This document shows positions 38,191-48,082 of a stretch of DNA of 64,000 nt, piece after piece; positions within the stretch are counted from its first letter, which is position 1, and every line of letters begins with the position of its first letter. A program made the position numbers and the translations under genes. The notes below the pieces were generated by a model. That model worked only from the letters and a program-made list of their open reading frames with translations. It did no database searches and had not been told where the DNA came from. Location of the stretch: assembly GCA_963817525.1 (NCBI GenBank), contig CAWFOU010000001.1, positions 576,001 through 640,000 of the forward strand. Reading direction: 5' to 3'. Origin of the DNA: an uncultured archaeon. GTDB taxonomy: Archaea; Thermoproteota; Nitrososphaeria; Nitrososphaerales; Gagatemarchaeaceae.

Positions 38191-38379
38191 TTGGCGAACG
38201 AGATGTACCCCGAGTCGAAGCAGAGCAAGACCGCTAATTGCAGCTTTTGCGGAAAGGCTCTGGGAAAGGAGTACTTTTTCACGTGCCACGTCTGCGGCGC
38301 GAAATATTGTTACATCCACATGTATCGCCATGGAAGGGCGCACAGGATGCAGGCCGCTCAGCCGCTCGTCACCCCGTAG
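38191..38379 (+). CDS. Small zinc-finger protein (AN1/B-box-like)
   Basis: CSFC..CHVC..CYIH..H..H pattern. Confidence 0.65.
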   Translation: MANEMYPESKQSKTANCSFCGKALGKEYFFTCHVCGAKYCYIHMYRHGRAHRMQAAQPLVTP

Positions 38380-38398
38380 AATCAGGAACCGCGCGTTT

Positions 38399-38887
38399 TC
38401 AATCGCTGGTTTTCGCTTCGGTCTTCATGACCTTCGCTGCTTGTTGCACCGACTTCACGATGTTCTGGTAGCCGGTGCACCTGCACAGGTTTCCCGAGAT
38501 CCCCAGACGGATCTCCTGCTCCGTCGGGTCCAGATTTTCCTTTAGCAGCCAGGCCGCCTGCATCACCATCCCCGGCGTGCAGTAGCCGCACTGGAGCCCG
38601 TGGTTGTCCCAGAACGCCTTTTGAATCGGGTGGAGGTCTCCGGACGCTGACTGCATCCCCTCGATCGTCGTTATCTCCCGCCCATCTGCCTGGACGGCGA
38701 ACATCGTGCAGGACTTTGCGGACTTGCCGTCGACGAGGATCGTGCAGGCCCCGCAGTTCGTGGTATCGCAGCCGACGTGCGTCCCCGTGAGCCCCAGCGA
38801 CTCGCGGAGGAAGTGGACGAGGAGGAGCCTTGGCTCGACGTCCTTGGCGTAGTCGGTCCCGTTGACCTTGGCCTTGATGCCCGTCAA
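38399..38887 (-). CDS. coxS: (2Fe-2S) small subunit of a molybdenum hydroxylase (CoxS/CutS-like)
   Basis: [19 protein letters not shown] and GNLCRCTGY motifs. Confidence 0.88.
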   Translation of the reverse strand: MTGIKAKVNGTDYAKDVEPRLLLVHFLRESLGLTGTHVGCDTTNCGACTILVDGKSAKSCTMFAVQADGREITTIEGMQSASGDLHPIQKAFWDNHGLQCGYCTPGMVMQAAWLLKENLDPTEQEIRLGISGNLCRCTGYQNIVKSVQQAAKVMKTEAKTSD

Positions 38888-39789
38888 GCACCCCGCCCTC
38901 CTCGGCGCTTGGCCCTGGAGGCGGCTAGAGCGAGGGCCCGTCGGGTGAAGAGGCCCGCCATCTCTCGCTTGTACTTCGCAGAGCCCCGGAGGGGGTCGTC
39001 CGTCGGGGAGCTCTCCTTCGCGGCCGCCGAGGCCGCCTCGAGGATGCTCTCTTCGGTGAGCTTACGGCCCACGAGGCGCTCCTCCGCCTGTGCTGCGCGG
39101 AGGTTCTTCGGCCCGAGCGCCGCGAGCCCGATCCCCGCGTAGGTGCAGTAGCTCCCGTCCCTCCTCTCCTCGACCGTCACTTGCGCCGCCACTCCCACGG
39201 TCGCGAAGTCTCCGGCCTTCCTCTCAAGCTTCAGATATGCCCCGCCGCTGCCCAGCCGGGGGATCGGGACGGAGACCCTGGTGATCAGATCGTCGTCCTT
39301 GAGGGCCGTCGTGAAGGTGTCGAGCAGAAAGTCGTCGATGCGGAGGCTCCTCTCGCCCGTCGGGCCTAGGACGCGCACCTCTCCCCGCAGGGCGAGCATC
39401 GTCGCCCCTAAGTCCCCGCTCGGGTCTGAATGGGCCAGCGCGCCCCCGAGCGTGCCGAAGTTCCTGACCTGCGGGTCCCCTATGCACGCGGCCGCTTCCG
39501 CGAGGAGCGGGACCCTGTCCTTGACCAAAGGGGAAGACTCTAGCGAGTGGTGCCTGGTCAGCGAGCCGATCAGCAGGGCTCCGCGGTCCTCGCTCTCCTC
39601 GACGTACTCCAGGCCCTGCACCCTGTTGATGTCCACGAGGTAGGTCGGGGAGGCTAGCCTGAGTTTCATGAGCGGGATTAGGCTCATCCCTCCTGCGAGT
39701 ATCTTCGCTTCTCCAGGGTGCTCCTTTAGGAACGAAGTGGCCTCGTCGACCGTGCTGGGGGCAAAGTACTGGAAGCTCCGAGGTAGCAT
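38884..39789 (-). CDS. coxM: FAD-binding medium subunit of a molybdenum hydroxylase (CoxM/CutM-like)
   Basis: [15 protein letters not shown] and [17 protein letters not shown] motifs. Confidence 0.88.
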   Translation of the reverse strand: MLPRSFQYFAPSTVDEATSFLKEHPGEAKILAGGMSLIPLMKLRLASPTYLVDINRVQGLEYVEESEDRGALLIGSLTRHHSLESSPLVKDRVPLLAEAAACIGDPQVRNFGTLGGALAHSDPSGDLGATMLALRGEVRVLGPTGERSLRIDDFLLDTFTTALKDDDLITRVSVPIPRLGSGGAYLKLERKAGDFATVGVAAQVTVEERRDGSYCTYAGIGLAALGPKNLRAAQAEERLVGRKLTEESILEAASAAAKESSPTDDPLRGSAKYKREMAGLFTRRALALAASRAKRRGGRGA

Positions 39790-39843
39790 CGCGCTGAACG
39801 ACTCCGGGACCGGCGACCTGAATAAACGCTTCTGCGCTCGCGG

Positions 39844-40722
39844 TCAGTCGGTCCGCGAGGCGGGACCCCGCTGGCCCCCCAGGACTTTGCCTAGGAAGAC
39901 GGCATGGGGGAGGTGCTTGCCCCTTTTCGCGGCTATCACGTCCGCCATGATGCTGACCACGACCTCCTCTGGCGTGACCGCCCCGATGTCGAGCCCCACC
40001 GGAGAGTGCAACGACTCTATGAACTCGGGTGCGACCCCCCTGCGCTTGAGCTCCTCGACGTCGTCCCTTACGCGCTGGAGGCTGGCCATCAGCCCGACGA
40101 ACCTCACCTTCTTCTTCGCGAGGGCCTCGAGGGCGGGGACGTCCCTCTCGCCTTTCGTCAGGACGACCACCGAGTCGGACTCGGCGAACCTGAACTGGTC
40201 GAGGTCGTAGTCGAGGTCGGTTATCAGGAGGTCCGGGTCTTCCGTCAGGACGGGAAGATGGTCTATGACCACGGTCTCGAAGCCAAGGGTCTTCCCCATC
40301 CTTACCAGCCCGTCCTCGACGTCGTCCTTCCCTCCTTGCCCGATGAGGATGAGCCTGTTCGCGGGAAGGTAGGGCTCCACGTAGATCTCCATTATCCCCC
40401 CGCAGTTCGTCTCCACATAAACCTCGTCCGGGTTGGTGTTCTTGAGCGTCCCGTCGACCGCCGACCGCGCGTCCTCGAGGTGGACGGTCACGACCTTCGC
40501 CTGCCCCGTCCTCAGCGCATCCTGCGCCATGCTAGCGACCGCTGACTCTGGGCAGACCCCTCCTATCGTCCCGAAGATTATCCTCCCCTCGCGGGAGACG
40601 ACCGCCTTGAAGCCAGGCTTGCCAAGCGACGAGCCTCGGATTCGCACCACGGTCGCCACCACGAATGGCTCCCCCCTCTGGGCGAGCTGGTCGACGAACC
40701 TCGTGAAGTCGCGCTGCTTCAA
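39844..40722 (-). CDS. xdhC: XdhC/CoxI family Moco insertion chaperone
   Basis: ATVV..RGSS, GTIGGVCPE, CGG.MEIYVEP and HSPVGLDIGA.TPEE motifs; start taken at TTG 40722. Confidence 0.85.
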   Translation of the reverse strand: MKQRDFTRFVDQLAQRGEPFVVATVVRIRGSSLGKPGFKAVVSREGRIIFGTIGGVCPESAVASMAQDALRTGQAKVVTVHLEDARSAVDGTLKNTNPDEVYVETNCGGIMEIYVEPYLPANRLILIGQGGKDDVEDGLVRMGKTLGFETVVIDHLPVLTEDPDLLITDLDYDLDQFRFAESDSVVVLTKGERDVPALEALAKKKVRFVGLMASLQRVRDDVEELKRRGVAPEFIESLHSPVGLDIGAVTPEEVVVSIMADVIAAKRGKHLPHAVFLGKVLGGQRGPASRTD

Positions 40723-40873
40723 TTCAAACGGCTTTCCAGGCGTTTCCCTATTTATCGGTTGTTCATTGGCCCGGCAGGCGCAGCGAAAAAATCTGGACGG
40801 CCGCGGCTCCCATCGAGGCGACGGAGGGCGACTAGAACAATCTTCCATGTAGGCTTAAGAAAAGCAAGCTATA

Positions 40874-41158
40874 TTGAGCGTAGGGCCTCCTGACTTGGAC
40901 GAGCAAAGCAAGATATCTGTGGTGGAGGACGTGGAACTACCGGACACCCAGTATCAGTATATCGTCAACGTCAGAGCGGTCGAAACCTTTGCAAACATGA
41001 TGTCAAGACTAGGAATCAACATCACTTATACGTCAAAGAACCTTAGCTTTACGGCACCTCGCCTGCTGAACATGAAAGCCATGAAAGAGAGAGGCATCAT
41101 CTTTTCGTACAGCATAATTAGAGTGCGAACCGTCGAAGATGTCATCGAAGAAGGTTAA
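40874..41158 (+). CDS. Hypothetical protein (AT-richer than the core genes)
   Basis: ORF with an upstream CTTAAG/AAAA element; no recognised motif. Confidence 0.45.
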   Translation: MSVGPPDLDEQSKISVVEDVELPDTQYQYIVNVRAVETFANMMSRLGINITYTSKNLSFTAPRLLNMKAMKERGIIFSYSIIRVRTVEDVIEEG

Positions 41159-41318
41159 ACGCATCTTCCGACCTTCTCCAGGCCAAGGCCTGAAAGGATC
41201 ATCTCCCTGAGACGCACCAGAGCAAAGGCCGCGGCTTTGTAAAATTCGCGCAATGACGTCCTTCCTGCCTCGTCTCGGACGGTCTGCCCGCAGAACGGGC
41301 ATCTCCTCAAAAGGGACA

Positions 41319-41522
41319 TCAGGGCGTCAAGGAATCCTCTGCTATCCAGCCGTGCTCCCGCTGTAGATGCTCTCGCCAGAGAGCCGAATCATCCGGCCCT
41401 AGGCCTCCCTCAGAGTAGAGCGAGCCTAGCAACTGGCAGAACGAGCAGACCTTGAGGTGGACCTCGGCGGGCTTGGCGCTGCTCTTCAAAATGAACTCTT
41501 TGCCTCTGGCTTCGGACGCCAT
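41319..41522 (-). CDS. Small putative C2H2-type zinc protein
   Basis: CSFC...HLQREH. Confidence 0.5.
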   Translation of the reverse strand: MASEARGKEFILKSSAKPAEVHLKVCSFCQLLGSLYSEGGLGPDDSALWREHLQREHGWIAEDSLTP

Positions 41523-41664
41523 ACGCGCTCACGTGCTCCGCTTGCCTCTCCTTTTTAGCCACCCATGGAAGAATCTTCCAGCGCCCTAACGGCCGCTAAG
41601 ATTTAATTACTTGAATCGAAAACCTTGACCCACCGAAGGAAACCACGGTGGGAAGTGATATCGG

Positions 41665-42015
41665 ATGAGTTTCGGACAACGTGGAGGCGGCTACGGCAGC
41701 CGCGGCGGATTCGGCGACAGAGGAGACAGCTCCAAGCCAAAGCCGGTGGAGGTCGGGAAGGTATACGACGTCACCATCTCTGACACCAGCAGGCGCGGCG
41801 ATGGAATCGCAAAGATCGACGGCTTCGTGATATTCGTGGCCGGCGGGAAGCAAGGCCAGTCAGCCAAGGTCAAGGTCACCCAGGTCTCGAACAGGTTCGC
41901 GACGGGCACCGTCGTGGAGGGCACGGGGACGACCGCAGCGCCAGACGCCTCAGGCATAACCAACGCACCTGAGGTCGCTGAGATCGCTGAAGAACTGGAA
42001 GAGGCTGACGAGTAG
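41665..42015 (+). CDS. TRAM-domain RNA-binding protein
   Basis: KPVEVGKVYDVTI...GDGIAKIDGFVIFV; Gly/Arg-rich N-terminus. Confidence 0.9.
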   Translation: MSFGQRGGGYGSRGGFGDRGDSSKPKPVEVGKVYDVTISDTSRRGDGIAKIDGFVIFVAGGKQGQSAKVKVTQVSNRFATGTVVEGTGTTAAPDASGITNAPEVAEIAEELEEADE

Positions 42016-42126
42016 GCGGAGCTGGCCCTCCGCATCGAAGACGAGGTTGGACCTCGGCCGGAGGCAACCTCCCCCCAATTCTGATCTTTTCTGCGACCTG
42101 AATCGCATATCTAGCCTGCCGCCGCG

Positions 42127-42540
42127 GTGGAGGCGATGATCGAGGTCTACACCGACGGCCGGGCGGAGCCGAACCCCGGGCTCGGGACGTACGGGTATGT
42201 GATCTACAGGGACGGCAAGAGCGTCCATTCGGAGCAGGGCTTCGCAGGGCGGGACGTCACGAACAACTACGCCGAGTACTTCTGCCTGGTGAGGGCGCTG
42301 GAGCGACTCGAACCCCACCGCGACGAGGAGATCACGGTCTTCTCGGACTCCACCCTTCTCGTCAACCAGATGGCTGGGCGGTGGAAGTTCAAGGGGGGAA
42401 ACTACGGCGAGAAGTACCTTGACGCAAAGGAGCTCGCGAGAAAGTTCCCGAGGCTCCGGTTCGAGTGGATCCCGCGTGAGAAGAACGCGGAGGCGGACGA
42501 GCTGACGAACATCGCGTTCGCAAGGCTGAGAGACGGCTAG
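42127..42540 (+). CDS. rnhA: Ribonuclease HI
   Basis: YTDG..PNPG, TNNYAEY, SDSTLLVNQM and WIPREKNAEADEL motifs. Confidence 0.9.
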   Translation: MEAMIEVYTDGRAEPNPGLGTYGYVIYRDGKSVHSEQGFAGRDVTNNYAEYFCLVRALERLEPHRDEEITVFSDSTLLVNQMAGRWKFKGGNYGEKYLDAKELARKFPRLRFEWIPREKNAEADELTNIAFARLRDG

Positions 42541-42595
42541 ACTCGGGGAGCAAAAGATAATATCCGTGGTCAGGGCAAAGGGGGCAGACACTTCT

Positions 42596-43441
42596 ATGGA
42601 CTATGGGCTCAATAACAGGATAGCTCGGATGATAAGGCCGTCCACGGGCCATTCCGTGATGCTCGCGTGCGACCACGGATATTTCATGGGCCCTACCCGG
42701 AGGCTCGAAGACCCGAGGAGCACCATATCGCCGCTCGTCCCCTATGCGGACGTCGTCTCGGTAACCCGCGGGATACTCCGGAGCTCGGTCGACCCGGCTT
42801 GGGACATCCCCATCCTTCTGCGGGTCTCGGGCGGCACGAGCATCCTCAAGGAGGACCTTAGCGACGAGGGGATAACCACGTCGATGAAGGACGCGGTAAG
42901 GCTCAACGCCACGGCGGTCTCGATCTCGATCTTCGTGGGAGCGCCGAACGAGAGGCAGACCCTCCTGAACCTCGGCAAGCTCGTCGACGAGGGGGAGGAG
43001 TACGGGATGCCCGTGGTGGCCATCACTGCCGTGGGGAAGGAGCTGGAGAAGCGGGACGACAGGTACCTCTCTCTCGCGTGCAGGATAGCCGCGGAGATCG
43101 GCGCGCATATCGTAAAGACCTACTACTGCGAAGGGTTCTCGAGGGTCGTGGACGGGTGCCCGGTGCCGCTGGTGGTGGCTGGGGGGCCGAAGCTTAACAC
43201 GGAGGCGGACGTCTTCAGGCTGGTCCACAATGCTGTCGAGGAGGGCGCGGTCGGCGTCGACATGGGGAGGAACATCTGGCAGAACGACAGCCCCGTGGCC
43301 GTGATAAAGGCGATAAACGCGATAGTGCACGAAGGCGCCACAGAAAAGGAGGCGCTCGACCTCTTCAACGCCTCGAGGGGGAAGGTGGAGGAGCTGACCA
43401 GCCCGCGGGCTCCTCGCAGGCAGCACCGCAAGCGGTCCTAG
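42596..43441 (+). CDS. lsrF: LsrF-like thiolase / DhnA-type class I aldolase
   Basis: MDYG..NR, MLACDHGYFMGPT, RIAAEIGAHIVKTYY and GVDMGRNIWQ motifs. Confidence 0.75.
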   Translation: MDYGLNNRIARMIRPSTGHSVMLACDHGYFMGPTRRLEDPRSTISPLVPYADVVSVTRGILRSSVDPAWDIPILLRVSGGTSILKEDLSDEGITTSMKDAVRLNATAVSISIFVGAPNERQTLLNLGKLVDEGEEYGMPVVAITAVGKELEKRDDRYLSLACRIAAEIGAHIVKTYYCEGFSRVVDGCPVPLVVAGGPKLNTEADVFRLVHNAVEEGAVGVDMGRNIWQNDSPVAVIKAINAIVHEGATEKEALDLFNASRGKVEELTSPRAPRRQHRKRS

Positions 43442-43447
43442 CAAGAG

Positions 43448-43927
43448 CTACTCCAGGGCTAGCTTCTCTAGCTTCTTCCTGGCGTCCTCGAGGATGGCGG
43501 CGGCCTTCTTGGCCTTCTCCCTGTCGAGGTCTCTGGAAAGGGAGCCCATCGTGCGACGCAGCTTCATGCTCGCCTCGATGACCTGGAGCCTGCCGCCCTC
43601 CTTTGCCTGCTTCCAGCCCTTCAGCAGCCGCTAGAGCTCTGCCTCGTTCTCCTCGTAGAACTTCTCCCCCGCGTCGGTCACCCTGTAGACCTTCTTGCCC
43701 CTCTTCTCGTCCGCCGCGATGTAGCTCTCGTCCTCCAGCCACTGGAGCGTGGGGTAGACGATTAACGGGCTCGGGGAGTAGAGCCCGCCGAATATCCCGC
43801 TGATCTCTTTGACGACCTCATACCCGTGCATCGGTTTCTTGCTCAGGACTTCCAGCACAAGCACGCGAATGTCACCGCGCCTGAGCAGGCGGGAATCGCG
43901 CATCCACTGACGTCCAAATCCCATCAT
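43448..43927 (-). pseudogene. PadR family regulator interrupted by an in-frame TAG at 43631-43633
   Basis: PMHGYEVVKEI..YSPSP..VYPTLQWLED; the frame continues 60 codons past the TAG with a typical PadR tail (AAILEDARKKL). Confidence 0.75.
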
Positions 43928-44069
43928 CGTGTATTCACTTGAAAGATATCGCGATATATCGCATTCAACGCCTCGAGACGGTTCGATCAGGGGGACGCGG
44001 GCGACCTCACCAGATTCACAGGAGAGTAAGGAGGTATAGTTTTTACCCCTAAGCAGAGGAGGGCCCGTC

Positions 44070-45077
44070 GTGGCGGCGGAAGAGAGCAAGACCGTGGGGG
44101 TGGGGATCGTCGGCGCGGGAAGGATGGGCAGGATCCACGCTGCTAACATCGCGGGGGAGATCCCCAACGCGAAGTTGGTGGCGGTCTCCGACGTGGTCGA
44201 GGACTCCGCGAAGAAGCTGGCGGCAGAGTTCGGGGTCACCAACGTGTTCAACGACTACCTGAGGCTCGTGCAGAACCGGGAGGTGCAGGCGGTGGTGATA
44301 GCCACCCCGACCCTTCAAAAGCAGCAGATTGTGAAGTTCGCGTGCGAAGCGGGGAAACACATTTTCTGTGAGAAGCCCATTGCCACGAGCCTCCGCGACG
44401 CGGAGCAGGTGGTGAAGTCCAGCCAGAGTTCCCCCGCCAAGTTCCAGGTGGGGTACCAGAGGAGGTTCGACCCCCTCCACGTGAAGATCAAGGAGACGCT
44501 CGAGGCGGGCGAGATAGGCAGCGTCGTGATGGTAAAGTCAAGCAGGCGGGACCCCCTCCCGAGCCCGTCGCAGTGGCCCGACCTCAAGAACAGCGGGGGG
44601 ATCTTCTTCGACACGTGCAGCCACGACTACGACCTCATCAGGTGGCTATGCGGGAGCGAGGTGAACAGGGTCGGGGCGGACGGGTCGCCCCGCTCGCAGC
44701 CGGACCAGCACACGGCGGTCACCAATCTGTCTATGGCGAACGGCGTGGTCGCCCAGGTCGATGCGAGCAGGATGTCGAGCTACGGGTTCGACGTGAGGGT
44801 CGAGGTCCTCGGGACCGGCGGCGCGATCTTCACGCGGCCGGACGCGGCCAGCGGCATCAGGGTGGTCAAGGGCTCGCAGGAGAAGGTCGCGAGCTACAAC
44901 GGGTCCCTGGACCGGTTCAAGGAGGCCTACAGGCTGGAGATGGAGTCGTTCATCGACTGCATCGTCAAGGACGCCGAGACCAAGGTGAACGCACTGGACG
45001 GGAAGGCCGCCGTAGAGGTGGCCGCGGCCGCCAAAAAGTCGATGCAGGAAGGGAAGGCGGTCAACCTTCCGCTCTGA
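44070..45077 (+). CDS. Gfo/Idh/MocA oxidoreductase (inositol 2-dehydrogenase-like)
   Basis: GAGRMG, CEKPIA, GYQRRFDP and GGIFFD..HDYD motifs. Confidence 0.88.
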   Translation: MAAEESKTVGVGIVGAGRMGRIHAANIAGEIPNAKLVAVSDVVEDSAKKLAAEFGVTNVFNDYLRLVQNREVQAVVIATPTLQKQQIVKFACEAGKHIFCEKPIATSLRDAEQVVKSSQSSPAKFQVGYQRRFDPLHVKIKETLEAGEIGSVVMVKSSRRDPLPSPSQWPDLKNSGGIFFDTCSHDYDLIRWLCGSEVNRVGADGSPRSQPDQHTAVTNLSMANGVVAQVDASRMSSYGFDVRVEVLGTGGAIFTRPDAASGIRVVKGSQEKVASYNGSLDRFKEAYRLEMESFIDCIVKDAETKVNALDGKAAVEVAAAAKKSMQEGKAVNLPL

Positions 45078-45249
45078 GCTAGCCGTTGTTGGAAGCATGT
45101 CAATTTAGGACATCGCTTCTTTAGGAGCGTTGGCGCCTTTCTCAGTCCCACCTGCTACGGCCGTGTCGGCCACGGGCCCGTGCCACAGGTATTCATCCCT
45201 CACAAGGCTCCAAGAGGCCTCCTCACTCACGGAGAACGGTCGTCCGCAA

Positions 45250-46367
45250 AGGCGCGATCCGCGGCAGGCTATGGCCAACGAGGCCAGCCGGTTCCTGTCG
45301 TAGTCGGCGCCGCATGTTGGATCGCGCTGACCCTCCAGCGCATGTCAGAGGGGATCCGAGCTGGGTGCTCTATTTTTCCACCGCATACGGGACATCTCGA
45401 AGAAGTCCCTCTCGGATCAATGTAAAGTGTCGTCCTAGGCGACTTGTAGTCGACCATCGTCTGTACCATTCGATACGGCCAGCGGTTCAGCCTTTCCCTG
45501 AACCTACTCCCTTCAGTCCGCTTGTTCTTGATGTGTTTGAGGTCCTCGAGGACGAACGTGGCGCCGGGGTATCTCCTCACGAGGCCTGAGCTCAGCTTGT
45601 GCAGGGCATCCTTGTTCGGCGCCTCTGCCTCCCTCTCGTCTCCTCCAGCTTCTCGGCGCGCTTTTGCGGGTTCTTGACGTGGAGCTGGAGCCGCCTGCGC
45701 CTCCTTGAGAACGAGTCTTGTGTGTGCTCGATGTTCCCTGTTGGTATTGTGTACGGGTGACCGAGCCTCCCCCTGTCGACTGGTGTGCAGTCTACGGTTG
45801 CGAAGTTCAGGTCGACCCCGACCAGCGTGTCGCTAAGAGGTTTTGAGGCGAGCCCCTCGACGAAGGTCAGAAGCAGTCGACCGTCTGTCAGCGTTATCTC
45901 GCCCAGCCTGCCCTGAGAGTATGCGCCCACTTTTTGTGGCTCGGTCTGAACCTGACGTATTCGTAAGGCCTGATCGTGATCCGGACCGTCACTTGGCCGT
46001 CATCGTCCTTCGTCATCTTGAACAGCTCCCCGTCTATCCGCATTGAGAGCTTATCCAAAGACGGCAGCGCGAGTTCCTTGTGCCTCTTTCTGTAGGCTCT
46101 CAGCAGAGCGACCGCCTTGCTGCAGACCGGGCTGATGTGGTGGCGCGCGTATGGCATTGACGACACGAACCACGGCCTGACCTTCTTCCTGAGACTTATC
46201 GGTGAAGGGATCCTTCCGCCGTTGAGCCTCGCATCCACGAGGGCGTAGGCGAGGGCCATCCTCGTGGCATCTCGCATGTCGGAGAGGTACTCGAGCACGC
46301 GCGGGCTCGGGACGTACTCTATCGCGATGGTCCGTTTCTGGCCGAGGGACTTCCAGAGGTGGGTCAC
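45250..46367 (-). pseudogene. tnpB: Frameshifted TnpB-like (IS200/IS605 OrfB) gene
   Basis: Fragments carry VGVDLN, FVLEDL, SSRCPVCGG and TCGADYDRNRLAS in different frames; at least 3 frameshifts; 3' end approximate. Confidence 0.8.
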
Positions 46368-46482
46368 CGCTCGGTGGCCTCCAATGCCCAGTCGGCTAGC
46401 TTCAACACGGTTGTACCGTGTTCGACTACATAGCGACCAATGTTTAGGGCACGATTTGGTACTGAATGGTAAGCAAAGACGA

Positions 46483-47598
46483 TTACTGTTGAGAACTCTT
46501 CACGGCAGAGAGGGATTCGGAGAGCGCGTCGATCACGGTGGACATCGCCTTCGGCGTGGCCGAGGTGCCCATGTGGCCGATCCTGATGATCCGGCCGCTG
46601 TTCGACTCGAGCCCGTCGGCTATCATGATGTCGTGCTTATCGAGAAGCCTCTCCCGGAGGGCCGCGGACCAGGCCGGTTGCACCTTCGCCACGCTCACGG
46701 TGTTGGAGAGGAACTCCTTCTGAGTGAAGACCGGGAGCCCCACTTCAACGAAGCCCTTCCTAAGCTGGGACGCGGCGCTCGCGTGCCTCTTGTATCGGTT
46801 CTGGAGGCCCTCCTCGAGCACCAATTCTACCGCCTTGCGCAGGGCGACGATCACCGACGTGGGCATGGAGGACGGATATGGGTGCCCCCATGAGCTGTCT
46901 TCCTTGATAGACTGGCTCCAGGTGTTCAAGTCCAAGAACAGGCTGTGGATGCGCGACTTGTTCCCCCTCGCCGTCTCCCACGAAGCTTCTCCTATCGCCA
47001 CCGGCTGAGCCCCGAATATCCCGCCGATCGCCTTGCTCGCGTATCCGATGACATAGTCGGCGCCCCACTCGTCCATCTTCACCTCCATCCCGCCAAAGGT
47101 GGAGATGGCGTCGAGGACCGCGAGCACTCCCCTCTTCTTGCACACCTTGAATATCTCGGCCGGCGAGGTGGCCGCGCCCGTCGAGGTCTCCGTATGGACT
47201 AGGAAGAGGGCCTTCCCGGCCACGTCCCTTCCCGACTCGTCCAGAACGCGCGCCACGTCCTCCGCCGTCGGACCGGAACCCAGCTTGGAGGATATCGGGA
47301 CTGCGGTGCCCCCCACCGCCTTTATCATCTTGGGGATCATGCCGGAGAAGACGCCGTTCACGCAGACGAAGCCCGTCCCTCCGCGCCCGACGAGGTTGAC
47401 CACCGAGGTCTCCACGGCTACCTGGCCCGGGACTGGCATGAGGAGAACGTCGCTCTTCGTCCCGAAGACCTTCTTCAGCTGCGAGGTGGTGTCGTCGTAG
47501 ATGGACTTCCACTTGGCGCCATAGTGAGGGAGAACGGGCTGCGCCAGCGCCTTCAGGACCTCAGGGTCGGGCTGCGTGGGCCCCGGAATCATTAACAA
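46483..47598 (-). CDS. Class V aminotransferase (alanine-glyoxylate/serine-pyruvate type)
   Basis: LMIPGP, VHTETSTG, LDAIST.GG and RIGHMG motifs. Confidence 0.88.
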   Translation of the reverse strand: MLMIPGPTQPDPEVLKALAQPVLPHYGAKWKSIYDDTTSQLKKVFGTKSDVLLMPVPGQVAVETSVVNLVGRGGTGFVCVNGVFSGMIPKMIKAVGGTAVPISSKLGSGPTAEDVARVLDESGRDVAGKALFLVHTETSTGAATSPAEIFKVCKKRGVLAVLDAISTFGGMEVKMDEWGADYVIGYASKAIGGIFGAQPVAIGEASWETARGNKSRIHSLFLDLNTWSQSIKEDSSWGHPYPSSMPTSVIVALRKAVELVLEEGLQNRYKRHASAASQLRKGFVEVGLPVFTQKEFLSNTVSVAKVQPAWSAALRERLLDKHDIMIADGLESNSGRIIRIGHMGTSATPKAMSTVIDALSESLSAVKSSQQ

Positions 47599-47749
47599 GA
47601 CTCGAGCAACACTCCCGCTCTTCTCCCGCCCCGGCCCCGGACGATATTTAAGGCTCGTCGGGAGACTTGACGAGGGTGTCCAGGGATTTGTCTGACTTCA
47701 AGCGCCATGCGAACTGCCCTGGGCACAGGCATGGAGGAGAAATGAAGAA

Positions 47750-48082
47750 ATGACTCTTATGATTGGCAAGTATGAGTGGTATTATTTGGTCCCATTCGTC
47801 GGCTTTGCTCGAGCCACCAAGGCACAAGGACTTTCATGGAGCGTTGCGGAGAATGTCCTTCTTTACGCAGGGGTCGGCTTCTTCTTTTCTCACTTCGCGC
47901 TTGTAGCGGCCAAATTTGTTCTCGCCGCTCTTGTGATTTCTATCCCCGCTGAGTGGCTGATAATTTTCAAAACTAGAAGCAGGAGGTTCGGATGGGAGGA
48001 ATACACGCTTTCCAATTACCTGCTCAATGTGTCCTATGTCCTTGAATTCTTCTCACTCGGCATCTTGCTTGGGTTGCTGTGA
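47750..48082 (+). CDS. Hypothetical small membrane protein, low GC
   Basis: About 3 hydrophobic segments; atypical codon usage. Confidence 0.5.
   Translation: MTLMIGKYEWYYLVPFVGFARATKAQGLSWSVAENVLLYAGVGFFFSHFALVAAKFVLAALVISIPAEWLIIFKTRSRRFGWEEYTLSNYLLNVSYVLEFFSLGILLGLL

Noticed and set aside
38399-39789. Aerobic CO dehydrogenase
   Set aside because: No CoxL in the window, so the substrate cannot be assigned
43631-43633. Pyrrolysine recoding
   Set aside because: TAG is used as a normal stop by many genes here and no pyl genes are seen
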